A stretch of 54,711 nt of DNA, counting the filler, from Dirinaria sp. TL-2023a (taxonomy: Eukaryota): assembly GCA_051941275.1 (NCBI GenBank). It is 3 parts of 3 records of this genome, joined end to end, with 100 filler letters (N's around TTAATTAATTAA, not from the genome) between each part and the next. Parts side by side here need not be neighbours in the genome. Positions count along the whole stretch, not along the records: positions 1 to 18,178 come from JAVEBF010000395.1; 2 more parts are not named here. One strand, given 5' to 3'. The notes under the pieces are model-generated. The model saw nothing but the letters and a program-made list of their open reading frames with translations. It made no database searches and was not told where the DNA came from. This document shows, one piece after another, positions 1 to 10,604 of the stretch; the first letter of the stretch is position 1; each line of letters starts with the position of its first letter. The translations under genes and the position numbers were made by a program.

Positions 1-40
1 CTTGGCGGGACGGAGGGGGGCCCCCCTCCGTCCCGCCAAG
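1..40. repeat. Perfect 40-bp GC-rich palindrome at the window edge
   Basis: cttggcgggacggagggggg (1-20) is the exact reverse complement of cccccctccgtcccgccaag (21-40). Confidence 0.9.
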
Positions 41-808
41 CGCAATCCTTCCATCCCATCCCATCCAATTCCTTGGCAAACTGTCATCGTCCCGCGCTCA
101 TAGGCCCGGCTAACGCTTGGTCAAACCTGAAACCACGGATCCTCGACCTGTAGGGCTGCGCCTGCCTCAGCCTGGCTCTGGCCCTGCGCCTTGTCTGCCA
201 AGTGCCAAAGTGCCCACTTCCATTCTCTCCCCCTTACTGTAGGTAAAGGGAACTACGACTGGAGCCTTCGCTCATAACTGTAAATGCGGACTCAAAGATC
301 GACGTTTATTACCGCTGGCACTCGTACGAGTATGTACTATGGATGGGGGGGAAGCAGCGTTGCTGCGTGAAGTGGTCGTGGTTGCCTTGCGGCTAGCTAG
401 GACTCGGCATAGGATTTCGATAGTACAGTAGTACCTTAGGTAGTAGTACTAACAAATAATGTAAATATAGCTAGCTGTCGCTAGCCGGCTGGCTGGCTTA
501 GTAGTAAGGGTAGTTACCTTACGTTGAGGCTTGGGCTCGAGTCGAGACTGAGAGGAGGATGGTGCGAACTTGGACTTGGATTTTAATAAAACGGGCATCC
601 CCCCCCCCCAGGTTTGTTGTTGTTTGTTATTATTCCGCGAACTCTTTACTTTTGAACCGGACCATTCTTACTACCTACTACTTCTATCTGAACAGTAATC
701 GTCGAGTCCATTATTGTTACTGGTAACGACATCGCTTTTACTACTTGAGCCTACATACATACCCTTCAGTTTCACAATCCCCACCACCGTGCAACGCAAA
801 AAACAAAA

Positions 809-1309
809 ATGTATCCCTCAACGATGCTCCTAACCCTCACAACCACCATCCTCCTCCCCCTCACTCTCGCCGCGAAACCCAGCACCAGCAGCTCGGACAC
901 GACCTGGATCACGGGGCTGAACCCGGCGCAAGCGTCCGCCTTCAACTCGTACCAGAGCTCCATCACGCACGACACGAAAGCCATCTCGTCGCTGTCGTCC
1001 ATCCTCGCCACGGCCACCGCCTCGGATAAGACCTTCAACGTGTACAACACGCAGGCGCAGTCCGTCATGCAGGCCGCCGTCACCGCGACCAAGAGCGTCG
1101 ACCTGCCCGACATCCCCAAGGACCTGCCCAAGGACTACAAGAGCTACCTGAGCAGTATCTACAAGCACGACATCAGCATCTTGACCAAGCAGGCCAGCAA
1201 TACCCAGACGGGCACGAATGCGGCGCCGCCGCAGGCCCAGGCCACGGGCTATGTGAAGGCGGCGGGCGTGGCGGCCGCGGGGGTTTTGGGGGTTGCTGCT
1301 TTGTTGTGA
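809..1309 (+). CDS. Small secreted Ser/Thr/Ala-rich, probably GPI-anchored cell-surface protein (166 aa, single exon)
   Basis: aaaaATG context; hydrophobic signal peptide (MLLTLTTTILLPLTLAA); S/T/A-rich body; C-terminal NAA followed by hydrophobic tail AAGVAAAGVLGVAALL; strong C/G third-position bias. Confidence 0.8.
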   Translation: MYPSTMLLTLTTTILLPLTLAAKPSTSSSDTTWITGLNPAQASAFNSYQSSITHDTKAISSLSSILATATASDKTFNVYNTQAQSVMQAAVTATKSVDLPDIPKDLPKDYKSYLSSIYKHDISILTKQASNTQTGTNAAPPQAQATGYVKAAGVAAAGVLGVAALL

Positions 1310-1634
1310 GGGAGGGAGAGCGCTGTTGATCGATAGCTGGTTGCTACAGATGCTGTTCTTGTTGTTGTGAGGAGGATGGTCTGTCTGTACAGCGGGCGAA
1401 GGGGTGACGAACCACGGTATTAAGGCGCTGTTGGGGGTCCATTGTCTTCGTTGATAGCCACCTGAACGGAACAGTCCATACGAACGCTAGGGCATTCCCT
1501 CGTGCTTTGTCTTCTCGCTCTCCATAATGTAACGTTGCTGCCGTTCATCGTCGAGCCTCCTGGCAGGGAAAGAGCGCATCATGACAGCCACTCTTCGACT
1601 GGCTTCCCTATTTAGTAGAAAATCGTGTGAGCTG

Positions 1635-2831
1635 TCACCGTCTTCCAATGCGCTCCTCGTACGCAGCCCATGCCGCCCTTCGATATCTTTCGGCCTCTTT
1701 CGGCCGGTCTTTGGCGTTGAGAATCCCCCTTCCCACAATAACGATATCGGCGCCGTCTTTCCCCACCACCTCTTTCGGGGTTCTCCATTGCTGGCCCATG
1801 CCGTCCGAGGTATTCCACGCGCCCCTAGCCCCCTCCGGCGGGAGATTCACGCCCGGTGTAAGCGTCAAGAATGCATCGTTTGAGCCCTCGTTCAGCGCCC
1901 TCTGCGCGATGAAGCCCAACACGAAGTCGGTATGCTTCCGCGCAGCGTCCACACACGCCGACGTATACGCTTCGTTCAGCATGTGGCCTTCACTGCTCAT
2001 CTGCGCGAGCAGCAGCAGGCCCCGCGCATGCGGCGGTGGGCCCAGCTCTTGCAACGCCAGCTCCTTGTCGCCGGCGTCGCCTTCGCCGGAGGATAGAGAG
2101 CGGTAGAGCCCCGGGCTGGGCGGGCCCGGCTCGAAGGTCTGCGAGATCGTGGTCGTGGCGGTGACGATGCTGCCCTTGCGCCCGAAGGGGTCTTGGGGGG
2201 ACGGGATCATCCCGATCGTGTGGGAGCTCGGCTCCAAGGCCGCGGCCATTGCGACCTCGTCTCCGTTCGCCGAGCCATCGAAACTGTGGCGTGGTGTGCC
2301 GGTGGAGATCTCCGTGGAGACGGACTGGTTCAGGGAGAACAGGGTCTCGTTGGCTGCAGATTGTAGGGAGGTGATGATGGCGGGGCCGGGGAAGATGTGC
2401 GCGTTCGTTATATGAGCCCACTTTGCGATGGCGAGGGGCCCGCGTGTGTACTGGGCCTGCACGGTGCCTGGATTCAAACCCGTCAGTCTGGCTGCTCCTC
2501 TCCCCCGAATGCTATATAACGCACTCCCAATGTCGCCCAATTTACGATCTTCGAAGAGCAAGAAGTTTTTCCGCCTTGAGACTTCTTTCAACCTTTTGAT
2601 CGTCTGGTCGGAGAAGTCGTCGATGATGTCGGCGTGCGTTTTCAAAACGCAAATGTAGTCGCCGACGTCTTCGGCTACTCGGAGCAAAGCGGAGGAGGTG
2701 TGGACGTCGGCGGAAACGCAGAGATTGGACTTCTTGATGGAGATCAGTTGCAGGAGGTAGCTCGTCAGGGGAGGCACATCGGGGTTGTCGGCGCGCTTGG
2801 AAAATGGTTCGGCGATGGTCGGTGGGGGCAT
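1635..2831 (-). CDS. pyrG: Orotidine-5'-phosphate decarboxylase; exons 2831-2525 and 2467-1635
   Basis: Motifs KKSNLCVSADV, LKTHADII, catalytic FEDRKLGDIG, GLLLLAQMSS, TPGV, GQQW, DIVIVGRGI. The 57-nt intron 2468-2524 (GTGCGT..CTGAC..CAG) lies at the usual DIG|xTVQ position. True start is ATG 2831 (MPPPT). Confidence 0.96.
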   Translation of the reverse strand: MPPPTIAEPFSKRADNPDVPPLTSYLLQLISIKKSNLCVSADVHTSSALLRVAEDVGDYICVLKTHADIIDDFSDQTIKRLKEVSRRKNFLLFEDRKLGDIGSALYSIRGRGAARLTGLNPGTVQAQYTRGPLAIAKWAHITNAHIFPGPAIITSLQSAANETLFSLNQSVSTEISTGTPRHSFDGSANGDEVAMAAALEPSSHTIGMIPSPQDPFGRKGSIVTATTTISQTFEPGPPSPGLYRSLSSGEGDAGDKELALQELGPPPHARGLLLLAQMSSEGHMLNEAYTSACVDAARKHTDFVLGFIAQRALNEGSNDAFLTLTPGVNLPPEGARGAWNTSDGMGQQWRTPKEVVGKDGADIVIVGRGILNAKDRPKEAERYRRAAWAAYEERIGRR

Positions 2832-3371
2832 GGTAGCGGAGGGTACTGTAGTAGTGGCGAGACTCGGGGACAATTGACAGGCAGAGATACAGATTGCAAT
2901 TCGACAGTCGCAGGCAAAGTAGCAGATGGTCGAAGGAAGAAAGTGGCCCACTAAGACCGAAAAACGATGACAATCTAGACTTCAAGAGCCTCGCGCTAGC
3001 AATGTCCGCTTCCAGGATTATTTCCAACCTTTAGAATAGTCTGTCGTACCTGACTCTAGCAAGGTATTTACTCTTCGGCCAGACTTTTTAGTTCGGATTC
3101 AATCCGCTATTATTATTTCTCGCAACTAAACTTTGCTAAGCTACTTTGTCCATTAGAACGCTCTCGAATATCTATTAAGACTTGCTCACGAGCTGCCGAT
3201 GTCTCTGAAGGTCATGGTATTGCACAGTGCTAACAGCTTGTGCTACTGTATGCCTATAGATTTCCCATCGTAGTTTACCTTACCTTGCCTCGAGCAAGCT
3301 CTGCTAAGCAAGTACAGCTGGACGTAGCTCATCGTCGTGTGCTAAGCTCTAGAGTGCCATCCTTAGCTCGC

Positions 3372-6309
3372 TCATCTCCCGCCTCCGAAGTCAGGCTTGT
3401 AAGTCTGCACGCCCCCCGGCCCCATAAGCTCCCGCAAGGCCATCGTAGCGTACGTGCTTGAACCAAGTTGCATCGTGATGATCACTGCTATCTTTTCCTC
3501 GAGCCTTTCGTCTTGCCCCGATGGGCTGTTCGTAGTAGCTAGCTCTAAGGATACGCCGCCATCTTCGCTCTCGAAATTGTCGGTAAGGCTATCGGTGGCC
3601 GCGGGGCCGTCAAATTTCTCAGTGCCCGCGTTATCTTCACTCTCGTTGGGGACGTGGCTTCCCTTCGTTACTGGATCTGCAGCCTCGATCGGTTTGCTAT
3701 TACCATCTAAGGGCGTATGAGGACGTTCAAAGCCGTCGCATCGGTTCTTGCTCTCATCGTCCTTCCGTCCTTGCTGCACACGATCTAGATCGGTCTCTAC
3801 AAACTGCTGATCTTCGCGCTCATAGGTCCTGAGCTTGAAGTCGATCCCTTTCTCAGGACGAGCGAGGAGCTTGCGGTAGCTGCCGCTGAGACTAAAGTCT
3901 TTCCATTTGCGCCGCATATCGTATGGATCCAATCCTCCACCGCGTTCGCTCGACATGAAAATCTTGTACTCCTCGCCTATCTCATTGGTAGGATAAATAA
4001 CGTCGAATCCCGGTGTTGGAAGCACAATGTCGAAGATTGAGTACCTTCCACTTTCAGCTTCGTCTTTGCTGAGGACCCTCGCCCGCACGAACGCGTCCTC
4101 AGCATTCCTCGCAGTGTCAGAGGCGTCAGGTCGGAGAATCACTTCACCATCCACGTCGACTTCTTCTTCAGGTTGCTCCACCTCCGCACCATCTTTGCCA
4201 GAATGCTCATGGACGAGAACCAGATCACCTTCTACGACCTTACTGCCGTATTTCCGCCAGCGAGTGCCCGCCATGACGTTCCAAACTAAACTCTGGTAAG
4301 CGTGCACATACATCAAGCGTAGATTGCGAGCAATGCTGTTCAGCGCTCCTAAGTAGTCGTTCTGTTGGCTGCGGTTGCCCAGGTGCCGCACGATGCTTGC
4401 TTCAGCGGAAAATTTCCGAGGCAACTCAGCCAGTGCTGGATATGCCGTTTTGGTATCCTTGAAAGCGTTGAGGGCACATGCGCGCGCCCTGTCGTCGGAA
4501 GCAATTTTATCGGACGTGGACTTAGTCATTGGTTCTGAGGCCGAGGCAAGGGAAGAAGGAGAGAAGGCGAGGATAGCCTCTACGGCGCCTTGAAAGTCGC
4601 CCTGGAGCATCTTCATACCGATGCTATCGGTCCGCGTGGCGAAAGTACCAAAACGCTGGAGGCCATAGTAATTGACGAACCCTTTTTCGCTTAAACTCTT
4701 GATGGCAGCTGCGACGATTTTCTCGGCTTTCTGCACCCTTGACTCAGTACTTGTAGGCGTGTCTGAGCTGAACTGGCAATCTCGCAACGTGATGACGAAC
4801 TCATTGCCCATCAAGTCGCCCAATCGTAGCTCGTGGGGTTGATACTGGAAATTGCCCACTTTGGCCTGCCTCAACGTTCGGCCAGCAATCATCATTCTGT
4901 CTGCCATGACCCGGTGGGCGCTAACACGCTGTACGGTCACACCGCGGCGATCTTTCGTACCCGCGAACTGAAAAGAGCGGGGCTGCATCTTAAGCTGTTT
5001 TGCAAGCCAGACGACAGCCTCCATAGTATCCTTGTTCTCTTTACATAAGGTAAAGTGAAGGTATTCTCCTCCTAAATCCTGCCATTGGGTTCGACCCCAT
5101 GGTTTACCTCTTTGATGCTGCTGATTGTTGCCGCGGCCAGGCGCTCTGTGGTTCCAGCTCGGCTTCTCTGAAGCGGCGACTATCCGTATCGTGCCGTCGT
5201 CATCTGTAGAAGATTCCAGGCGGGATTGAAAGACTCGACGGAGATCTTGATGAATGCGTGTACGTATTGAGCGGTCGGTGATAGGAGACGATTTGACGGA
5301 GGCATAGTCTTTGGTGCGGCGATGGGGAGACTTGAGGATGCGATCATGGAGCGCGAGGATCTCGCAGACTGTAGAAGGGCCGAAGTAGGACGTCAACGTA
5401 TCGCGATCTTCGGCCGTGAGCTGAGTGAGAGTTAGTATCAAGGACCCAGGTCCACTCATTGACGAACCTCGAAGCCTTTTGACACCTCTGGGGTCTTTTC
5501 AACATTCCCGGCATATGCTTGCCAGTCTTGGGTTGTGGAAGGAGCTGGGGGCTTTTTTATTTCTGGTTGAACTTTCTCGTTGTCACCGTCAGTGTTCCCT
5601 GAAGCATTCGCGGCCCCTTCCTCTGGCTCTAATCCGGGCGGTGGCCTTCCCCCTTCCTGTGATACGCCATTGCTCTGCTCCTGGGTGATCTCTTCTATCC
5701 CTTGTTCCGATTGGCGAACAATAACCTTGTGCTTCTGGCGTTTGCTCGGCTCCATCTCTGCTAAGGGACGGGTGGGTGATGGGTTTTTAGGTTGTTGGTT
5801 TACTGTCTCGCTGGATCCTTCCTGCGCGCCCCCAACTGCGCTTGGTGACAGTGGACCAACATTGGAATTCTTTTCTTTCGGATTTGCATGTTCGAGCGGG
5901 TGCTGTTGGATTCGATTGTGAGCGGGGTCCGTTGGCTCCGACTTGGAAACTTTCAGCTCGTTTAGGTGGACGACTTGCCCAGAAGGTAGTATCTCGTTGA
6001 CCAGGAAGTCTGTGTACCTACAAGGTCGAATCAGTATGGTCTTCTGTGCATCACCGCAGTTACCCACCGCTTTTTCAAGACCCCGGTGAAACGCTGCACA
6101 GCCGTATCGACATATTCAGTAATGCCGCACTCGACCTCCTTGTCAGGCTCTGGAGCCGCGTTGGAATCTTGCATGGTGAGCTCGTCCGTCATTGGAACGG
6201 CGGTTGGCGGGGTGTGTTCTTCCTCCATGCCGTCGTTGCCGAAATGATGCACCGTCTTCAATCTCTTGCGAGGCGAGGTTTGAGGGTCAGGGTGCTTGAG
6301 CTTGTCCAT
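3372..6309 (-). CDS. PUS7: TruD-family multisubstrate pseudouridine synthase 7; exons 6309-6068, 6017-5468, 5420-3372
   Basis: Motifs GITEYV, F-GVLKKRYTDFLVNEI (after splicing), KENKDTMEA, FAGTKDRRGVTVQ, LGDLMGNEFVITLR, GFVNYYGLQRFG, YVHAYQS, GSYRKLL, YATMALRELM. GT-AG introns 6018-6067 and 5421-5467 join the three ORFs in frame. Confidence 0.95.
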
Positions 6310-6441
6310 GGTAATGCAATTGAAGTACTTGTGTTTTGTGCTGGGCGCGTCACATTATTCACAGCTGACATCCGAATACCTTCCAAGGTTAGAGGCCCCA
6401 CCGTAGTGTAAACAGGCGAGTTACGATATCGATATCAGGTA

Positions 6442-6471
6442 TCACGAATTCACGAATTCACGAATTCACGA
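6442..6471. repeat. Short tandem repeat (TCACGAAT)x~3.7 upstream of PUS7
   Basis: tcacgaat tcacgaat tcacgaat tcacga read directly. Confidence 0.75.
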
Positions 6472-6956
6472 TACCCCACCAAGAGTGCGGGTACGACTTA
6501 CGAGTACGCCGTACTCCCGTACTTGCATAAGCGCCCCGTACCTTGCATTATTTAGTGCAAGTGCGGACGGATGCTTTGGAGTAGGCGGATCGAGGGGATG
6601 TTTACTAATTGCTCTACTGCTGCTAAAGTATGTGCCCACCGACTTCACCCAGGGCGGAGGAGTATGAGATGGTCAAATGACGATCACGGTAGTCTCCCAA
6701 CCATGGCCTTTTGGAATCTTCGAAAGGTCCTTGCGCAGGAAGATCGCATGCAATTGATCTCGAAACCTTTCAAGACCGGTCTAATTCCAAGACGGGAGCA
6801 CCACCATCCAAAACTCAAGCAATGCCTTCCAAGGAAGAAATGAGCACTATGGTCTCGTAAGGCTTGGAGATATGGAGCTCGTTGGCATTGGAGGCTTTGC
6901 AGCCTTTGTAGGATGGATACATAAAATTGCCAAGGTGCGCGCGATCACGAAATGTA

Positions 6957-7151
6957 CCTTGGCGAAGATATACGATTCCCTGGGACCGAGAAGGCGCGGT
7001 GGCTCCTGAAAAACAGTATGGACACCCTTATTAGTCGAAAATTACCGTGTAGATACTGTATGGACACCCGACCTTATTAATCGTTACGATACTGTTTTTC
7101 GGGAGCCACCACGCCTTCTCGGTCCCAGGGAATCGTATATCTTCGCTAAGG
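6957..7151. mobile_element. 195-bp MITE-like element with 63-bp terminal inverted repeats and TA flanks (Tc1/mariner-type target)
   Basis: 6957-7019 and the reverse complement of 7089-7151 match at 60/63 positions. TA at 6955-6956 and 7152-7153. The 69-bp spacer is non-coding. Confidence 0.75.
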
Positions 7152-7569
7152 TAAGGTAAAGGATCTGTGAATATCTTAACCCTACCTTACTACCTTAGGG
7201 TACATCAGGCCCAGATTTGTATACCGTGGTGGAGGTAGGTAAAGTGCAGGACCTTACGGTAGGAAGCTTGATCCCAACACGTCATCCAATCAACCGTGTC
7301 CGCCCGGCGCAAGATGGAAGTGTTTAAGGCTTCGCGGTGGGGGCCCGGCCCTGCTTCAGGTTAAGGTAAAGTAAGATGAAGGTAAGGTACCTTAACCATC
7401 GGGTCACCCAATTCAACCCGGCGGATGTTGCGTGGGTCTGACGCTGGTGATGGATAGCGATTGCGGTTTGTGGAAAACCGACTGCCTCTTTTTCACGCCG
7501 AATTCTCTCTTCACCAACTACTTTATTTGCAAGCCCCTCGTTCCTTCTCTTGTCGACTCCGAATCAATC

Positions 7570-9044
7570 ATGAGCACCATAGAAGAGGTAATTGCCTCCT
7601 CTCGCCGTCTACTCTTTCTTCTCTCTGATGGCTTCCTTTTCTCCCCCTTCAGCTCGTCCCCTAGGCTCTTCCAAGAGGCAAGACTTCTTTGTCGGAGCAA
7701 GGCTCAGGTTGCCATTGAGTGCCTGCACAACCTCCTCACGAAGATAGATACATTTGGCCGCATCGAGCTCAGCATGGCTCAGAATACCAAAGACAACCTC
7801 TTATGTCATTCACGCTATATTCGTGATACCCTCGCACCGGTCGTCGTACGTGAAAATGGAAAGCTCAACGAGCAGCAGGCAAATTCTCTGAGAACCATCT
7901 TCGCTGCCATCAGCTCAATCAAGATGACTGTGGAGCTGCTACAATACTCCCGGATCGACAAGGCCATCAACCTGATCGCTGCCGAGGGAAGCATTTGGCC
8001 GGTAGAAGCAACTTTGCTATCGGATGCGCTGCTGAGCGCTTGGGAAAGGAGCTTGGGTTCGTTGAAGAATATTAGGGCTGATCTGTGGGGACCCGGCGGA
8101 AGGCTTGAAGGAATCAAGAAATTGACGGATGCCGGCCATGGGGCGGACGCGGGCGAAGTAAGCGAGCCAAAGTCATAGATCGAAGTCGGCTCTGATAACA
8201 CAATCTAGCGAAGAGGATCGGCTTGGTCTGTTGAAGACGTCAAAGATCGTTATAGAGCGTACAATTACGGACATTTAGGCTTCAATGTTGGAGAGTGAGC
8301 CTCCGAAAACCTCTACGTCACGAAGAGCGATACGAATTTCTGAGCTAAAGCCCAAGCAGCTGGTGGATCAAGCCTGCAGCGGCGTTTCGAGACGGCATTA
8401 TCGACGCGTCACATAACAGTATCTCAGCAGATGCGGAAGCAGCATATGCAATCCGCATGGGGGGCCACGACGAAGAGTCTGAAGGCTTTTATCAGAATAA
8501 GAAGATTGACGAAGTCGAAAGAACAACCATCAAATACACACCCTCCGTGCACGAACCGAAGCACGGCATATATAGGCTAATGGAAACCATTCGCTCGGGA
8601 AAAGCCGTCCGTGTGTTACGTTCGTGGAAACTCAAATCATCTTTGGCGCCCAAAGCCGGGCTGAGATATGATGGATTGTGAGTACGCGGCCGCCCCAACT
8701 TGACGGATCTTAGTAACTCGCTTACAACTTGCAGATACAGGGTCATAGGCCATGGTGTCAGACTCGCCACAAATTTTGACGGCACGGATCGCTGGGAATA
8801 CACGTTCCACCTCTCACGCGTAATCCAACCGCCACAGGACAGCATGGAGAAGGCGCTCGCAGTCCCACTTTCCGATCAAATGGACGACTGGAAAGATTAT
8901 CAGCGCACGAAAGCAGATCAAGAACTTGGTGGTTTGGTGAACATGCTGCTATTGCCGAAGAGCAAGAGCGAGATTCGAATCCCCAGGGACAGCGGATATT
9001 TCTCCCCAAACCCGTCTGGGGAGGCTTCCGGCACGGAGAATTAG
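7570..9044 (+). CDS. SRA/YDG (SAD_SRA) domain protein; exons 7570-8157, 8209-8294, 8360-8677, 8735-9044
   Basis: Splicing three GT-AG introns gives YGHLGFNVGDWW..AAFRDG..GKAVRVLRSWKLKSSLAPKAGLRYDGLYRV..YTFHLSR, the SRA/YDG signature. The N-terminal region is helical (VELLQYSRIDKAINLI). Confidence 0.85.
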
Positions 9045-10604
9045 CCATACATGCATACCGTGGAAGCGGAATACCAGTATCGGAAGTCGTTTAACTTAAT
9101 AGAAATAGGGGGAACACGTTACATGTTATACCGAAAACCTCAAGAGCAACACTGTTGGCAAAGGATAGCTTTCTTATATCCACCTGCTGAAGGTGTCTTT
9201 GTACAACCCAAGTCGTGGTGCTTTTCCCATACCTTGCCATACCAAAGAGCTTTTTCGAGTTCAATGTGATCTCCTGAGTGTGTGGTTTTCCCATCCTCTC
9301 TCGTGTCATCCACAACTATCTACGCCCTCTCCGATGTATTTCTTCCGTCGTCTCATTCCTTCAAGCCTGTACCGATACAACCTGACTTTGCTACCTCACT
9401 CCCTGTACATGGTTGGGATCGACGAGGACTCATTGCGAGAAAGAAATCCTGTAAATGCATATCAATCCACAGAAAATACTTACACGAGGAAGATTCACGA
9501 AGCTGTCGATATTCTGTAAAAGAAAGGGGGATGGGCTCATGACAGTAATGTAAGTATCTACCTGTATCCACTGTGCAGGAGATTGCTAACTTGCAATCTG
9601 TCATTTGAATTAGTAGACAATGGAAGTACTTCTTCTTCAAAGTTAAGTAATCAGTGCAACGATTCCAACCCACATCTTAATTTTTTCTACATGTGCATGC
9701 TTTGTTTCTTTTGCTGCGCTCGGGCGATTTAAATAGACTGGATGCTCATTTCAATGCTGTCATAAACCCCAAATGATAACGAGTCGAAAGATGAATAGTT
9801 TTCTTTAATCAAACTGCGCGAATCAGCGAATATATAAAGGAGATTAAAATCAATAAAGCTCGTGTCATTCATTTTGAGATCAGATCTCGTTTTAAACTCT
9901 ATTAAAATAGATGATTACGAAATTAACACGATTCGTTTGATTGAAATGAGTTACATTGTGAGCAAGTGGACCTCGCAGGCCTAGAAGATGGGGGTGGCTC
10001 TCCGCTGGTATGATATAGCCCTAACGATGCCCTGAGCGCATCCTTGGAGATGTGGGCAAGTGCAGGGGGCACAGCAAAGCTGGAGTCTGAAATGGCTTTT
10101 CCCCCGAAATGACTTCTTTCGGTCGCGGCTCGAGTTGCAATGCAAAACAGGAGTGAACCCGAGTAGACTTGCTCAGGATTCCTCGCCCGCTTTTAGCCTT
10201 TTCTAAGAGGGATCGCTGCTCTACGGTCGCGCGATCCAACTAAGCATCAAACAAAGCGGTCAGACTCAAGAGGCACCATGACCTTGGTTCACAGAGGAGT
10301 TTGCAAGAGAATCACCGCGGCCGCCAGTGCTCGTAGGATCTCCCGTGAGTCTTCGATGCACTGCCACCGCTGAACTCACGCCAGCGCACGCATTGCCTCT
10401 GATAAGGCTGGCAATAGCGTGAAGACTGCCTATCTTAGGTGGAATTGAGCCGCCGTTGATTCTTTTTCATTCGAAAGTGTCCAGATTGAGCGTGCAGATG
10501 ACGTTTTGATGCTCGTGTTCTGCCGAACCTGACAGCCGATAATTTACGACTGTGAATACCCAGTGCTCTCTACATGCTGAGAGATCCACCTCCGCATTTG
10601 AGCG

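Noticed and set aside
2832..2951. N-terminal extension of the 438-aa pyrG ORF
   Set aside because: It begins at a non-ATG codon in the ORF track. Homology starts near ATG 2831, so this is likely 5' UTR.
6571..6940. Short ORF fragments just left of the MITE
   Set aside because: No recognisable motif or consistent splice structure, so a gene or transposase cannot be supported.
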